DNA of 24,000 nt from Agarilytica rhodophyticola (GTDB lineage: Bacteria > Pseudomonadota > Gammaproteobacteria > Pseudomonadales > Cellvibrionaceae), in NCBI RefSeq assembly GCF_002157225.2, contig NZ_CP020038.1:6010991-6034990 (forward strand), given 5' to 3'. A program made the translations under genes and the position numbers. Shown one piece after another: positions 23,499-24,000 of this stretch (position 1 is the first letter of the stretch; each line of letters begins with the position of its first letter). The notes below the pieces were generated by a model, which was given only the letters and a program-made list of their open reading frames with translations, was not told the DNA's origin and did not search any database.

Positions 23499-24000
23499 AT
23501 GATAAAAAAAATTGAAACATTTTGTTTTTGTTTGTTTATTTTCATTGCCGCTGTTCCCACTTATGCCAATGAAGAAGCAACTGAAGCGTTAAACCCTCTG
23601 TTTGAGGTGATGGCAAAACGACTTTCAATAATGAAAGACGTGGCGTTATATAAATGGCACAATCACTTACAAGTAGAAGACCTATATCGTGAAGAGCGCA
23701 TATTAGAAAGAACTACAGAAAAGGCCATATCACTAGGTTTGCAGCCAGCTTCCTCTCGCAACTTTTTCCAAATGCAAATGGATGCAGCTAAGGCTATTCA
23801 AATAGCATGGCATGAAAAATGGCGTAAGATGGATAATATCCAATTACCTGAAGGGCCCAATCTTAAAACTGAAATACGCCCTAGCCTCAATAGTTTAGGT
23901 GAAGAGATTATGCATTTGTTAGCTGCCGATTCAATTTGGCTAGCACAGTTGTCAAGCAAACAACTTTGTGATGCACTTATCCCCAAACTTGACGTGGAAT
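23499..24000 (+). CDS. periplasmic (signal-peptide-bearing, AroQ gamma-type) chorismate mutase, runs off the right edge
   Basis: Open-ended, so absent from the ORF track. Translation: MIKKIETFCFCLFIFIAAVPTYANEEATEALNPLFEVMAKRLSIMKDVALYKWHNHLQVEDLYREERILERTTEKAISLGLQPASSRNFFQMQMDAAKAIQIAWHEKW. This shows a signal peptide plus the AroQ pattern (R....vA..K......i.D..RE..vL........gl......FF..Q..A.K.iQ). ORF 23798..23986(-) is its shadow. Confidence 0.78.
   Translation, partial: MIKKIETFCFCLFIFIAAVPTYANEEATEALNPLFEVMAKRLSIMKDVALYKWHNHLQVEDLYREERILERTTEKAISLGLQPASSRNFFQMQMDAAKAIQIAWHEKWRKMDNIQLPEGPNLKTEIRPSLNSLGEEIMHLLAADSIWLAQLSSKQLCDALIPKLDVE

Noticed and set aside
1-24000. Search for CRISPR arrays, IS elements, integrases, tRNA or rRNA genes
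   Set aside because: By eye I found no regularly spaced direct repeats, no transposase- or integrase-like ORFs, and no tRNA-like T-arm (GGTTCGAATCC-type) sequences. Their absence is based on visual scanning only.

Overview
AT-rich window with a marine gammaproteobacterial look (family-level inference from the protein set only; no rRNA or tRNA is present to anchor it). There are three parts. (1) 1-8261 is ordinary chromosome: a partial GbsR/MarR-type regulator, a LOG-family nucleotide hydrolase, a secreted glycan-related trio (GH16+CBM13 glucanase, a DNRLRE/CBM96-like protein, an unknown beta-sandwich-like protein), RNase Z, a PAS-GGDEF diguanylate cyclase and an FkpA/Mip-like lipoprotein PPIase. 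(2) 8262-20449 looks like an accessory block. It opens with 2.1 kb containing no ORF of 60 codons or more. Next comes a regulator fusing a degenerate sigma-54-activator-type AAA+ domain to an AraC HTH. This is followed by nine co-oriented small genes, eight of them recognisable as RebB / 'killing trait' (R-body subunit) paralogs in three subfamilies. Then come three unknown genes on the opposite strand and a GH19 muramidase / tandem lamin-tail-domain / 4-TM membrane protein operon. (3) 20450-24000 holds a TonB-dependent receptor and a signal-peptide-bearing (periplasmic-type) chorismate mutase that runs off the right edge. The main lead is the expanded reb (R-body) locus with its unusual regulator and the adjacent lysis- or payload-like operon. 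All family assignments come from motifs read by eye and need HMM or BLAST confirmation. No CRISPR array, transposase, integrase, tRNA or rRNA was seen.
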